From an uncultured Anaerolineaceae bacterium (GTDB lineage: Bacteria > Chloroflexota > Limnocylindria > Limnocylindrales > CSP1-4), in contig CAZABC010000004.1 in NCBI GenBank assembly GCA_964483405.1, positions 1,329 to 65,328 on the forward strand: a DNA stretch of 64,000 nucleotides, given 5' to 3'. This document shows, piece by piece, positions 47,055 to 56,564 of this stretch. Each line of letters starts with the position of its first letter. Position 1 is the stretch's first letter. The notes below the pieces were generated by a model that was not told where the DNA came from, searched no databases, and saw only the letters and a program-made list of their open reading frames with translations. The position numbers and the translations under genes were made by a program.

Positions 47055-48617
47055 ATGGCCGACCGGCTCCTCGCGATCGACGTCGGGACGCAGAGCGTCC
47101 GGGCCCTCCTGTTCGACCCGCGCGGCGAGCTGCTCGCCGGCGCCCGGGTCGCGATCGAGCCCTACGTGTCGCCGGTCCCGGGCTGGGCCGAGCAGGACCC
47201 CGACGTCTACTGGCGGGCGATGGCCGAGGCGACGGCGCGGCTCCGGACCGACCCGGCGGCCCGGCCGGTCGACGCCATCGCAGGCGTCGCCCTCACGACC
47301 CAGCGCGGGACCGTCGTCGTCACCGACGGGGCCGGCCGGCCGCTCCGACCGGCGATCGTCTGGCTCGACCAGCGGCGGACGGAAGGACTCCCGCCGATCG
47401 GCGGGCTGTACGGGCTCGGCTTCCGGGTCCTCGGCGTCCGCCGGACCGTCGCCGCCTTCCAGGCCGATGCCGAGGCGAACTGGATCGCCCGCCACGAGCC
47501 GGATGTCTGGGCCCGGACCGAGCGGTTCCTGCTCCTGTCGGGCTATCTCGTCCACCGGCTCGTCGGCCGGTTCGTCGACGCCGACGCCTCGCAGGTCGGC
47601 TACGTCCCGTTCGACTTCCGGCGCCGTCGCTGGGCCGCCGCCCGCGACTGGCGCTGGCAGGTCGCCCCGTTCGACCGGCGCCAGCTGCCCGAGCTGGTCC
47701 CGAGCACGGGCCGGCTCGGCGGGCTGACGACCGAGGCGGCCGAGGCGCTCGGGCTGCCGGTCGGCCTGCCGGTCGTCGCCGCGGCCGCCGACAAGGCCTG
47801 CGAGGTCCTGGGGTCGGGCGCGCTCGAGCCGCGGATCGCGGCGCTGTCGCTCGGCACGACCGCGACGGTCAACACGACCCACGCCCGGTACGTCGAGGCC
47901 TTCCCGCTCGTGCCGCCGTACCCGGCCGCGCTGCCCGGCCTCTACTCGCTCGAGGTGAACGTCTACCGCGGCTTCTGGCTCGTCGAGTGGTTCAAGCGCC
48001 AGTTCGGCGATCGCGAGATCGCCCGGGCGCTCGAAGCCGGCGTCGAGACCGAGGCGCTCTTCGACGAGCTCCTCGAGATGACGCCGCCCGGAGCCCTCGG
48101 GCTGGTCCTCCAGCCGACCTGGTCGCCGGGGGTCCGGATCCCCGGGCCCGAGGCGAAGGGTGCGATCGTCGGCTTCGGCGACGTCCACGCCCGCGAGCAC
48201 CTCTACCGGGCGATCCTCGAGGGGCTCGCCTACGCCCTCCGCGAGGGCCTCGAGCGGTGCGAGCGCCGGAGCGGCGTCCGGGCGACCGAGCTCCGGCTGT
48301 CGGGCGGTGGCGCTCGCTCGCGGCAGGTCCTCCAGCTCGCCGCCGACGTCTTCGGCCGGCCGGCGGCCCGACCGCACACGACCGAGACGTCGGGGCTCGG
48401 CGCGGCGATCGCCCTCGCCATCGGCCTCGGGATCCACCCCGACGCCGCGACCGCGGTCCGCGAGATGACCCGGGTGGCCGAGACGCGCGACCCGTCGCCG
48501 GCCACGAGCCGGATGTACGACGAGCTCTACCGGCGGGTCTATCGACGCCTCTACGGCTCGCTCCAGCCGCTCTACGAGGAGATCGCCCGGATCACCGGCT
48601 ACCCGGCGGGCTTCTGA
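47055..48617 (+). CDS. FGGY-family carbohydrate kinase.
   Basis: LAIDVGTQSVRALLFD N-terminal motif and a C-terminal LRLSGGGARS. ATG at 47055 inside a longer artifact ORF. Confidence 0.85.
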   Translation: MADRLLAIDVGTQSVRALLFDPRGELLAGARVAIEPYVSPVPGWAEQDPDVYWRAMAEATARLRTDPAARPVDAIAGVALTTQRGTVVVTDGAGRPLRPAIVWLDQRRTEGLPPIGGLYGLGFRVLGVRRTVAAFQADAEANWIARHEPDVWARTERFLLLSGYLVHRLVGRFVDADASQVGYVPFDFRRRRWAAARDWRWQVAPFDRRQLPELVPSTGRLGGLTTEAAEALGLPVGLPVVAAAADKACEVLGSGALEPRIAALSLGTTATVNTTHARYVEAFPLVPPYPAALPGLYSLEVNVYRGFWLVEWFKRQFGDREIARALEAGVETEALFDELLEMTPPGALGLVLQPTWSPGVRIPGPEAKGAIVGFGDVHAREHLYRAILEGLAYALREGLERCERRSGVRATELRLSGGGARSRQVLQLAADVFGRPAARPHTTETSGLGAAIALAIGLGIHPDAATAVREMTRVAETRDPSPATSRMYDELYRRVYRRLYGSLQPLYEEIARITGYPAGF

Positions 48618-48844
48618 GCCCACGACGGGCGACCCGCGCGGCCGGACCGTTTGACAGGTCGGCGGCGCGGCCCCATGCTCGACCGGTATCGCCCGACGTG
48701 CCGGCGGCTCGCACCGAGCCATCTCACGCTCCGCAGCCGACCGCCCGGGCTCCATCGCGCTCCGACCCCCGACCCCGGGTCGTGCGAAGCGCACCACGGC
48801 CGGCCGCCCACCCCGCGGACCGCCACGAAAGGAATCGAGTCACC

Positions 48845-49030
48845 ATGCTCTCGCGTTCCGCGACGATGCATCTCAGCCGGCGATCGTCGGCCATGCGCCG
48901 CCAACGCCGCCGCTCGCACACGAGCGCGCTCTACTGCGCGACGAACGGTTGCGCGAGCTTCCTCGTCGTCGACCCGATGACGAGCGTCGCCACCTGCCCG
49001 ATCTGCGGCTTCACCCGGCAGGCCGGCTGA
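48845..49030 (+). CDS. Small basic zinc-ribbon protein (candidate; not a separate entry in the ORF track).
   Basis: 61 aa: MLSRSATMHLSRRSSAMRRQRRRSHTSALYCATNGCASFLVVDPMTSVATCPICGFTRQAG. CxxxxC...CxxC pattern and a GAAAGGA RBS 8 nt upstream of the ATG. It is the C-terminal tail of the 47987-49030 artifact ORF. Confidence 0.4.
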   Translation: MLSRSATMHLSRRSSAMRRQRRRSHTSALYCATNGCASFLVVDPMTSVATCPICGFTRQAG

Positions 49031-49170
49031 CCCGTCCGGCGGCGTCGCCGACCGGACCGGCAATCCGCCGGGCCCCGTCTCCCGAATACCCGTCAGAACC
49101 GAGCGCAGCGACCGCGCCGCCCAAGGCCGGCAGCGACTCGGAGCGACGAGAACAAGGGAGACACCACCCG

Positions 49171-50022
49171 ATGCACCGCCGCTTCGGCCGCCTTGCGGCC
49201 CTCCTTGGCGCCGGGGCCCTCGCCCTGGCCATCACCGCCCCGGTCCTCGCGGCCGATCCCGCGAAGCTGACCGCCGTCGTCGCGGTCGACAGCACCGACG
49301 CTCCCGAGGCCGGCAAGGCCTGGGTCCGCGTCCTCCACGCCTCGCCCGACGCCCCCGCGGTCGACGTCAAGGCCAACGACGCCAACATCCTCGAGAACGT
49401 CCCCTTCGGCACGATCTCCGAGTACCTCCCGGTCGACGCCGGGACCTACAACATCAAGGTCTGCGCGACCGGCACCGACACCTGCGTGATCGACGCCGAC
49501 CTGACCTTCGCCGATGGCAAGAAGTACACCGTCGCCGCGACCGACCTGGTCGCCCAGATCAAGCCGCAGGTCCTCGAGGACACCGCCGCCGCGGTCGCCG
49601 ACAAGGCCCAGGTCCGCGTCGTCCACTTCTCGGCCGACACCCCCGCCGTCGACGTCCTGACCCAGGACGGCTCGGCCAAGGTCGTCGAGAACCTGGAGTT
49701 CCCGGACGCCACCGAGTACCTCGCCCTCGACGCCGGGTCGTACGACCTCAAGGTCTGCGCCACCGCCGACAACACCGTCTGCCCGCTCGATCCGGGCGCC
49801 CTCGACCTCGCGGCCGACACGGCCTACAGCGTCTTCGCGATCGGCTCGCTCGCCGCGACGCTCGAGCCGGCGCCGACCACCCCGCCGACCGACACGATCG
49901 GCTCGACCGAGACCGGCTCGACCGGCAACGGCATCGCCGTCGCCCTCGCGCTCCTCGGCCTCGCGGCCCTCGGCGGCGCCCTCGCCGTCCGCCGCCTCGC
50001 GACCCGCCGCGTCGAGCGGTAG
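49171..50022 (+). CDS. Secreted DUF4397 domain protein with a C-terminal membrane anchor.
   Basis: AAGGGAG RBS and signal peptide MHRRFGRLAALLGAGALALAITAPVLA. Two internal repeats (AWVRVLHASPDAPAVDV / AQVRVVHFSADTPAVDV). C-terminal TM segment plus an RRLATRR tail. Confidence 0.65.
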   Translation: MHRRFGRLAALLGAGALALAITAPVLAADPAKLTAVVAVDSTDAPEAGKAWVRVLHASPDAPAVDVKANDANILENVPFGTISEYLPVDAGTYNIKVCATGTDTCVIDADLTFADGKKYTVAATDLVAQIKPQVLEDTAAAVADKAQVRVVHFSADTPAVDVLTQDGSAKVVENLEFPDATEYLALDAGSYDLKVCATADNTVCPLDPGALDLAADTAYSVFAIGSLAATLEPAPTTPPTDTIGSTETGSTGNGIAVALALLGLAALGGALAVRRLATRRVER

Positions 50023-50182
50023 TCGCCCCCCCTCCCCCGCCACCGGAAGGCCGGCCCGGATCCCCGGGCCGGCCTTCGCACGTCCGGCGCCGAGGCCGCC
50101 GACCCCGGAGCGGCCCGGCACGCGGCGCCGAGAACGGCGAATATCAGCGGCGACAGCGACGCCCCACCGAGGTGACCGAGCC

Positions 50183-51556
50183 GTGACCGCCGCCGACGCC
50201 CACGTCACCCTCGACCGCGAGCGACTCGAGCGCCTGATGGCCCGCGAGCTCGCGGCCTTCGACGCGGCGAACCCCCGCTCGAAGGCGCTCTGGGAGCGGG
50301 CCAAGGGCTCCCTCCTCGCCGGCGTTCCGATGAACTGGATGGTGAAGTGGGCCGGCGGCTTCCCGCTCTTCGTCGACACGGCGTCCGGCGCCCGGTTCAC
50401 CGACGTCGACGGGCATGCCTACGTCGACTTCTGCCTCGGCGACACCGGCGCGATGACGGGCCACGGCCCGGCGGCGACGATCCGGGCCGTCGAGGCGCAG
50501 CTCCCCCGCGGGATCAGCCACATGCTGCCGACCGAGGACGCCATCGTCGTCGGCGAGGAGCTCCAGCGGCGGTTCGGGCTCGCCTGGTGGCAGTTCACCC
50601 TCTCGGCGACGGACGCAAACCGGTTCGCCATCCGCCTGGCCCGGATGATCACCGGCCGGCCGAGGGTCCTCTTCCACGAGCACTGCTACCACGGCTCGGT
50701 CGACGAGTCGTTCGCCTGGCTCGACCCGGACGGCCAAGTCGTCCCCCGCCGGGGCAACATCGGGCCGCCGGTGGACCCGGCGGTCACCACCCGGATCGTC
50801 CCGTTCAACGACCTCGAGGCGCTCGAGCGCGAGCTCGCCCACGGCGACGTGGCCGTGGCGATCATGGAGCCGGCGCTGACCAACGTCGGCATCGTCCTGC
50901 CCGACCCTGAATATCACGCCGGCGTCCGCAAGCTGACCCGCCGCTACGGGACGCTCCTCCTGATCGACGAGACGCACACGATCTGCGCGGGGCCGGGTGG
51001 CTACACCCGGGCCTACGGGCTCGATCCGGACCTGCTCGTCATCGGCAAGTCGATCGGCGGCGGGGTGCCCTGCGGGACGTACGGCTTCACCCGGGCCATC
51101 GGCGAACGGATCACCGAGATGATCTCCTGGGAGGATTCCGACGTCGGCGGGGTCGGTGGCACGCTCGCGGGCTACGCCCTGTCGATGGCGGCGATGCGGG
51201 CGACGCTCGCCGAGGTCCTGACCGACGAGGCGTTCGAGCGGATGATCCCGCTCGCCGAGCGGTGGGCGGCCGGCGTGGACGCGGTGCTGCGCTCGCGGCG
51301 GGTGCCGTGGCACGTGACCCGCCTCGGCGCCCGGGCCGAGTACCACTTCATGCCCGAGCTGCCGCGCAACGGCGCCGACCAGTGGGCGCATGGCGACACC
51401 GAGCTCGAGCGGTTCCTGCACCTCTACGCGATGAACCGCGGGATCCTCATGACGCCGTTCCACAACATGGCGCTCATGAGCCCGGCGACGACCGAGGCGG
51501 ACGTCGACCGCCACACGGAGGTCTTCGCGGCCGCGGTCGACGAGCTGTTCGGCTAG
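50183..51556 (+). CDS. Class III aminotransferase family protein (glutamate-1-semialdehyde aminomutase-like).
   Basis: FCLGDTGAMTGHG and LLIDETHT, with the PLP lysine region VIGKSIGGG. Confidence 0.85.
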   Translation: MTAADAHVTLDRERLERLMARELAAFDAANPRSKALWERAKGSLLAGVPMNWMVKWAGGFPLFVDTASGARFTDVDGHAYVDFCLGDTGAMTGHGPAATIRAVEAQLPRGISHMLPTEDAIVVGEELQRRFGLAWWQFTLSATDANRFAIRLARMITGRPRVLFHEHCYHGSVDESFAWLDPDGQVVPRRGNIGPPVDPAVTTRIVPFNDLEALERELAHGDVAVAIMEPALTNVGIVLPDPEYHAGVRKLTRRYGTLLLIDETHTICAGPGGYTRAYGLDPDLLVIGKSIGGGVPCGTYGFTRAIGERITEMISWEDSDVGGVGGTLAGYALSMAAMRATLAEVLTDEAFERMIPLAERWAAGVDAVLRSRRVPWHVTRLGARAEYHFMPELPRNGADQWAHGDTELERFLHLYAMNRGILMTPFHNMALMSPATTEADVDRHTEVFAAAVDELFG

Positions 51557-52056
51557 CCCTCGGGCGAGGCGCGGACCGGAGCCCGACCCGGGTCCGGCCG
51601 GCCAGCGTGGATCTCGCCCAGCCGGGCGAGCTCGGCCGCGCGGTCGAGGTGTGGCCGGTGCTGGGCCGGCGTCGGCGCCTCCTGCTCGAGGCGGAAGGCC
51701 AGCCGCTCGTGGGTCGCGACGAGCCCAGCGAGCTCGTCGCGGTCGCGCTGGTCGGCGAGCGGCGACGACCGCGACGCCCGGTCGAGGAGCCGGTCGATCC
51801 GCCCGAGGACGTCGCGCAGCTCGCGGTCGGTCTCGATCCACGGCGGGGCGACCCGGGCCTGCCGGAGGAGGTGGTCGGCGATCGATCGCTCGTCGGTCAC
51901 CGTCGGATCGTCCTGGACCGGCAGGCGCCGGCCGGCGTACGCGGTCTCGTCGAACTCGCCGGCGGCCATGGCCTCGCGGATCTGGCGGTCGATGAGCGAC
52001 TCCCAGGTCGGGGCGGCCTGGCGCTTCCCTTCGCCGTCGCGGCGCATCGGGCTCAT
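51553..52056 (-). CDS. DUF1992 domain protein.
   Basis: WESLIDRQIREAMAAGEFD motif. Start taken at the ATG of MSPMRRDG. Confidence 0.55.
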   Translation of the reverse strand: MSPMRRDGEGKRQAAPTWESLIDRQIREAMAAGEFDETAYAGRRLPVQDDPTVTDERSIADHLLRQARVAPPWIETDRELRDVLGRIDRLLDRASRSSPLADQRDRDELAGLVATHERLAFRLEQEAPTPAQHRPHLDRAAELARLGEIHAGRPDPGRAPVRASPEG

Positions 52057-52154
52057 GCCCGGCAGCGTACACGGGTGCAACAACGGCGGGCGTCGGGCGT
52101 CTGATCCACAGGAAGCGCCGGATGTGCCCCGGCGCGACGCCCTGGGGTGGCGGA

Positions 52155-52508
52155 ATGGTCATCGTTCGGGCCGGCATCATCGTCCCGGCCGCGCTGATCG
52201 TCGTCATGGTGGCGAGCGCGTCGCCTGCGCGCGCCGCGACGTTCGCCGGGCCGGACACGGCGCCGACGGCCGCCGACGAGGTCGCGTGCCCCGTCCTCGA
52301 CGGCCCGCCTGGCGTCGATCCGCCCACCGGCATCCACCGGCCCAGGCCCCTCCCCGACGTCCGACTGCTCCTCGCCTGCCTCGGGGCCATCCTCGTGGCG
52401 GCGGCGATCGCCGGGAACCGCCTCCGGAGCCGCGACGACCCGGAGGCGCCCGGCCATCATCGGCACCGGGTCGACCGTGACCGGCGAGGGGGCATCCACC
52501 TCGGCTAG
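52155..52508 (+). CDS. Small secreted/membrane-anchored hypothetical protein.
   Basis: High GC3 codon usage. Signal-like N-terminus MVIVRAGIIVPAALIVVMVASASPARA and a C-terminal TM segment LLLACLGAILVAAAIAG. The stop sits 9 nt before the helicase GTG. Confidence 0.35.
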   Translation: MVIVRAGIIVPAALIVVMVASASPARAATFAGPDTAPTAADEVACPVLDGPPGVDPPTGIHRPRPLPDVRLLLACLGAILVAAAIAGNRLRSRDDPEAPGHHRHRVDRDRRGGIHLG

Positions 52509-52517
52509 CCTTGGCGG

Positions 52518-55500
52518 GTGCATCGCCACGGGGACGGTCCGCTCGTCGCCTCCGCCACCGACCTCGTCGGCTTCCTCGCCTGCGACCACCTGACCACGCT
52601 GGAGCTCGGCGCGGTCGCCGGCACCTGGCCGCGCCCCCACGAGCGCGAGGATCCCGAGGTCCTCCTGCTCCAGGAGCGAGGCCTCGCCCACGAGCAGGCG
52701 TTCCTCGCCCGGCTCCGTGCCGAGGGCCGGACCGTCGTCGAGATCGCTCGTCCCGAGCCGCGGACGCCGGACGGCTACCGGGCGGCGGAGGCCGAGACCG
52801 TCGCGGCCATGCGCGCCGGTGCGGGGGCCGTCTACCAGGCGACGCTCTTCGACGGGCGGTGGCTCGGGTACGCCGACTTCCTGCTCCGCGTCGAGCGACC
52901 GAGCCCCGCCTTCGGCGCCTGGAGCTACGAGGTCGCCGACACGAAGCTGGCCCGCTCGGTGAAGGCCTCGGCCGTCCTCCAGGTCTGCAGCTACTCCGCG
53001 CGGCTCGCGACGCTCCAGGGCGTCGAGCCCGAGCGGGTCCACGTCGTGACCGGCGATTCGGCCACGACGACGCTCCGGCTGGACGACTTCGGGGCGTACT
53101 TCCGGGCGGCGCGCGCGCGGTTCGAGACGGTCGTCGGCGGCGACCCGGAGCGTGGCATCGCGGCGCGCGACCCGGGGTCCGCCGCGACCTATCCCGATCC
53201 CGTCGACCACTGCCGCGTCTGCGCCTGGTTCCCGGTCTGCATCGACCGCCGTCGGGCCGACGACCACCTCTCGCTCGTCGCCGGGATGACCCGGGCCGCG
53301 ACCGGGGCGCTCGTCGGCGCCGGGGTCGGGACCCTGGCCGAGCTCGGCCGGCTCGACCCCGCCCGTTCGGTCGCGGACCTGGCCGCCCGGACGCTCGGCC
53401 GCCTTCGCGAGCAGGCCCGGATCCAGCTCCGCGGCCGCGAGCTCGGCCGATCGCCCGAGCAGCCGATCCATGAGCGGATCCCGCCGCGGCCCGAGGAGCC
53501 CGGGACCGGTCTCGCCGGCCTGCCCGAGCCATCGCCGCTCGACATCTTCTTCGACATCGAGGCCGACCCGTGGCTCGACGAGACGGGTCGGGAGTACCTC
53601 CTCGGCGTCCTGACGGTCGACGAGGGGGCGCCGGCCTACCGCGCCCTGTGGGGCCACTCGCCGGCGGAGGAGCGGCGGGCGTTCGAGGCGTTCGTCGACC
53701 TGGTCATCGATCGGCTCGCCACGGACCCGACGATGCACGTCTACCACTACGGGGCGTACGAGCGAGCCGCGATCACCCGGCTCATGTCGCGACACTCGAC
53801 CCGCGAGGAGGCCGTCGACCGGATCCTCCGGGGCGGGGTCCTCGTCGACCTCTACACGGCGGTCCGGCAGGGGATCCGGGCATCGGTCGAGTCGTACTCG
53901 CTCAAGCAGGTCGAGCACCTGTTCGGCTTCGTTCGGGCCGGCGGGATCACCCGGGCCGGCTTCTCGGTCGTCGAGTACGAGGCGTACCTCCGCGACGGCG
54001 ACCCGGTCCACCTCGACGCGCTCGCCGCGTACAACCGCGACGACACCCTCGCGACGCTCGGCCTCCGCGACTGGCTCGAGGGCCAGCGACGCGAGGCCAT
54101 CGACGAGGGCTGGGATCTGCCGCGTCCGCTGCCGCGCTCGGGCGATCCCGGCGAGACGGTCGCCGCGCAGGCGGCCGAGACCGCCGCCCGGATCGCGGCG
54201 CTCCTCGCCGGCGTGCCCGAGCCGCCCGACGAGCTCGACGAGGCCGGCCGGGCTCGCCGCCTCCTCGCCGGCCTGCTCGACTACCACCGCCGCGAGGCCA
54301 AGCCCGAGTGGTGGCGCTGGTACGAGCTGCGCGACGGCCGGACCGCCGAGGAGCTCGTCGAGGAGAGCGACGCGATCGGCCTCCTCGCCTGGGAGGCGGA
54401 CGTCGGGACGGAGGCGAAGAGCGTCCTGTCGCGGTTCCGATACCCGCCGCAGGACCACCGGTTCCGACGTGGCGACACGCCGATCGATCCGGCGACCGGG
54501 TCGGGGGCCGGGACGATCGTCGAGATCGACGACATCGCTGGGACGCTCGTCCTGAAGCGGGGCCGGGCGAGGGCCGGCGAGCGGCCGACCGCCCTGATCC
54601 CGGCGACGCCCGTCCCCACGGACGCCCTGCGAGCCGGCCTCGGTCGGCTGGCCGACCATGTCATCGAGCACGGGATCGACCCGCAGGTCGGCGGCGGGGC
54701 CGCCGACGCGTACCGGGCGGCGACCGACCTGCTCGCCGGCCGCCCGCCCCGGATCGCGGCCGCGGTGGATGGCGGCGAGCTGCGCCGCGCCGGCGAGTCG
54801 GCCGCCGACGCCGGGATGCGGCTCGTCGCCGGACTCGACGCGTCGACGCTCGCGATCCAGGGCCCGCCGGGCACCGGCAAGACGTACACCGGCGCCCGGA
54901 TGGTCCTCGCCGCGCTGCGGGCCGGGATGGGACCGGTCGGGGTGACGGCCCAGTCGCACAAGACGATCACCAACTTCCTCGAAGCGCTCGTCGCGGCCTC
55001 CGCGGAGACCGGCGACGAGATCCGGATCCTCCAGCGCTGCGAGACCGGTGACGACGGGAGTCATCTCCCGGGCGTCCGGCTGGCGACGAACGTGGAGATC
55101 GAGGCGGCCGTGGTCGCCGGCACCGTCGACGTCGTCGCCGGGACGGCCTGGCTGCTCTCAAGGCCCGGGTTCGACGGCCGGCTCGGGCTGCTCGTGGTCG
55201 ACGAGGCCGGCCAGCTCGCCCTGGCGACCGTGCTCGCGATGAGCGGCGCGGCCCGGTCGATCCTCCTGCTCGGCGACCCGAACCAGCTCGCCCAGGTGAC
55301 CCAGGGTCTCCATCCGCGGGGCGCGGACGCGTCGGCCCTCGGCCATCTCCTCGGCGAGTCGACGACGCTGCCGCCCGAGCGCGGCCTGTTCCTCGACGAG
55401 ACGCGCCGGATGCACCCGGACGTCAACGCCTACGTCTCGCCGACGTTCTACGCCGGGCGGCTGGGCACGCACGCCTCGACGGCCGGGCAGCGGGTCCTCG

Positions 55501-56033
55501 CGCCGGGGCCGGCCGGGGGGACCGGGATCCGCTGGCACCCGGTCGTCCACGCCCGCAACGAGCAGCGCTCCCGGGAGGAGGCCGAGGCGGTCGCGCGGAT
55601 CGTCGATGCGCTCATCGGCGAGCCCTGGACGGACGCGCTCGGCGTCACGAGGTCCCTCACGATCGACGATCTCCTCGTCGTCGCGCCATACAACGCCCAC
55701 GTCGCCGAGGTCCAGCGGGCGATCGAGGCCAGGCTCGGGCCGGTCGCCCACGACCGCGTCGGGACGGTCGACAAGTTCCAGGGCCGGGAGGGCGCGGTCG
55801 CGATCTACACCATGGCGGCCTCGTCGGCCGAGGATGCGCCGCGCGGCCTCGACTTCCTCTACGACCGGCACCGCCTCAATGTCGCCGTCTCGCGGGCGCG
55901 GGCGGTCGCGATCGTCGTCGCCAGCCCGGCGCTCCTCCGCGTGCGAGCCCGCACACCGGAGCAGATGCGCCTCGCGAACGCGCTCGCCCGACTCGTGGAG
56001 GTGGCCGAGCTGCAGGCGCAGGCGCGCCGCTGA
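52518..56033 (+). CDS. RecB-like (Cas4-type Fe-S) nuclease fused to an SF1 Upf1-like helicase; Dna2/Nhi-like nuclease-helicase.
   Basis: N-terminal PD-(D/E)xK nuclease region with the four-Cys pattern C...CRVCAWFPVC. C-terminal helicase motifs GPPGTGKT (I), VVDEAGQ (II), LLGDPNQL, VDKFQGRE and NVAVSRAR (VI). Confidence 0.85.
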   Translation: MHRHGDGPLVASATDLVGFLACDHLTTLELGAVAGTWPRPHEREDPEVLLLQERGLAHEQAFLARLRAEGRTVVEIARPEPRTPDGYRAAEAETVAAMRAGAGAVYQATLFDGRWLGYADFLLRVERPSPAFGAWSYEVADTKLARSVKASAVLQVCSYSARLATLQGVEPERVHVVTGDSATTTLRLDDFGAYFRAARARFETVVGGDPERGIAARDPGSAATYPDPVDHCRVCAWFPVCIDRRRADDHLSLVAGMTRAATGALVGAGVGTLAELGRLDPARSVADLAARTLGRLREQARIQLRGRELGRSPEQPIHERIPPRPEEPGTGLAGLPEPSPLDIFFDIEADPWLDETGREYLLGVLTVDEGAPAYRALWGHSPAEERRAFEAFVDLVIDRLATDPTMHVYHYGAYERAAITRLMSRHSTREEAVDRILRGGVLVDLYTAVRQGIRASVESYSLKQVEHLFGFVRAGGITRAGFSVVEYEAYLRDGDPVHLDALAAYNRDDTLATLGLRDWLEGQRREAIDEGWDLPRPLPRSGDPGETVAAQAAETAARIAALLAGVPEPPDELDEAGRARRLLAGLLDYHRREAKPEWWRWYELRDGRTAEELVEESDAIGLLAWEADVGTEAKSVLSRFRYPPQDHRFRRGDTPIDPATGSGAGTIVEIDDIAGTLVLKRGRARAGERPTALIPATPVPTDALRAGLGRLADHVIEHGIDPQVGGGAADAYRAATDLLAGRPPRIAAAVDGGELRRAGESAADAGMRLVAGLDASTLAIQGPPGTGKTYTGARMVLAALRAGMGPVGVTAQSHKTITNFLEALVAASAETGDEIRILQRCETGDDGSHLPGVRLATNVEIEAAVVAGTVDVVAGTAWLLSRPGFDGRLGLLVVDEAGQLALATVLAMSGAARSILLLGDPNQLAQVTQGLHPRGADASALGHLLGESTTLPPERGLFLDETRRMHPDVNAYVSPTFYAGRLGTHASTAGQRVLAPGPAGGTGIRWHPVVHARNEQRSREEAEAVARIVDALIGEPWTDALGVTRSLTIDDLLVVAPYNAHVAEVQRAIEARLGPVAHDRVGTVDKFQGREGAVAIYTMAASSAEDAPRGLDFLYDRHRLNVAVSRARAVAIVVASPALLRVRARTPEQMRLANALARLVEVAELQAQARR

Positions 56034-56099
56034 CCGGCCATCGGGCGGGTCGGCGCCGTCGGCGGCCGGGGATGATCGGGGCCCCGCGGGCCGCGGGGT

Positions 56100-56327
56100 C
56101 TAGAGGGCGCGGCGGAGGACGATCAGCCCGCCGACCAGGAGCAACGCCGCGAGCGCGACGATGGCGATCGGCGGCAGCCCAGATGCCGCCGAGGCGTCGT
56201 TCACGAGGGCCGACGCCATCGCCACGAGGTTGCCGCCGGCGTCGACACCGGTCCCGCCGCCGGCCCCGCCGCCGGTCCCGCCGACGACGTCCGTCGCCGT
56301 GCCGACGCCTTGCCCGTACTCGACCAT
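56100..56327 (-). CDS. Small Gly-rich protein with a C-terminal hydrophobic anchor (hypothetical).
   Basis: 75 aa, strongly GC3-biased codons. GGTGGGAGGGTG N-terminal region, C-terminal LPPIAIVALAALLLVGGLIVLRRAL. Confidence 0.35.
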   Translation of the reverse strand: MVEYGQGVGTATDVVGGTGGGAGGGTGVDAGGNLVAMASALVNDASAASGLPPIAIVALAALLLVGGLIVLRRAL

Positions 56328-56564
56328 GGCCGAATCCTACGCCCGGCGGCAAGCGCCGCGCGCGGATGCTGCCGCCGGTCGATGGACCGCCGGTCCCGAC
56401 TGCCGTCGGACCTCCACGGGCCGAGGACAGGGACGCCATCAGGACGGGCGCGGCGCGTGGGCGGATGACCGGTCGCGCGACGGCGCTCGTCGGGCGCAGC
56501 CCCGCGACCGGGTGGCTGACGGGCTCGGATCGGCACCCCCCGGTGGCCCGTATCATCGGCCACC

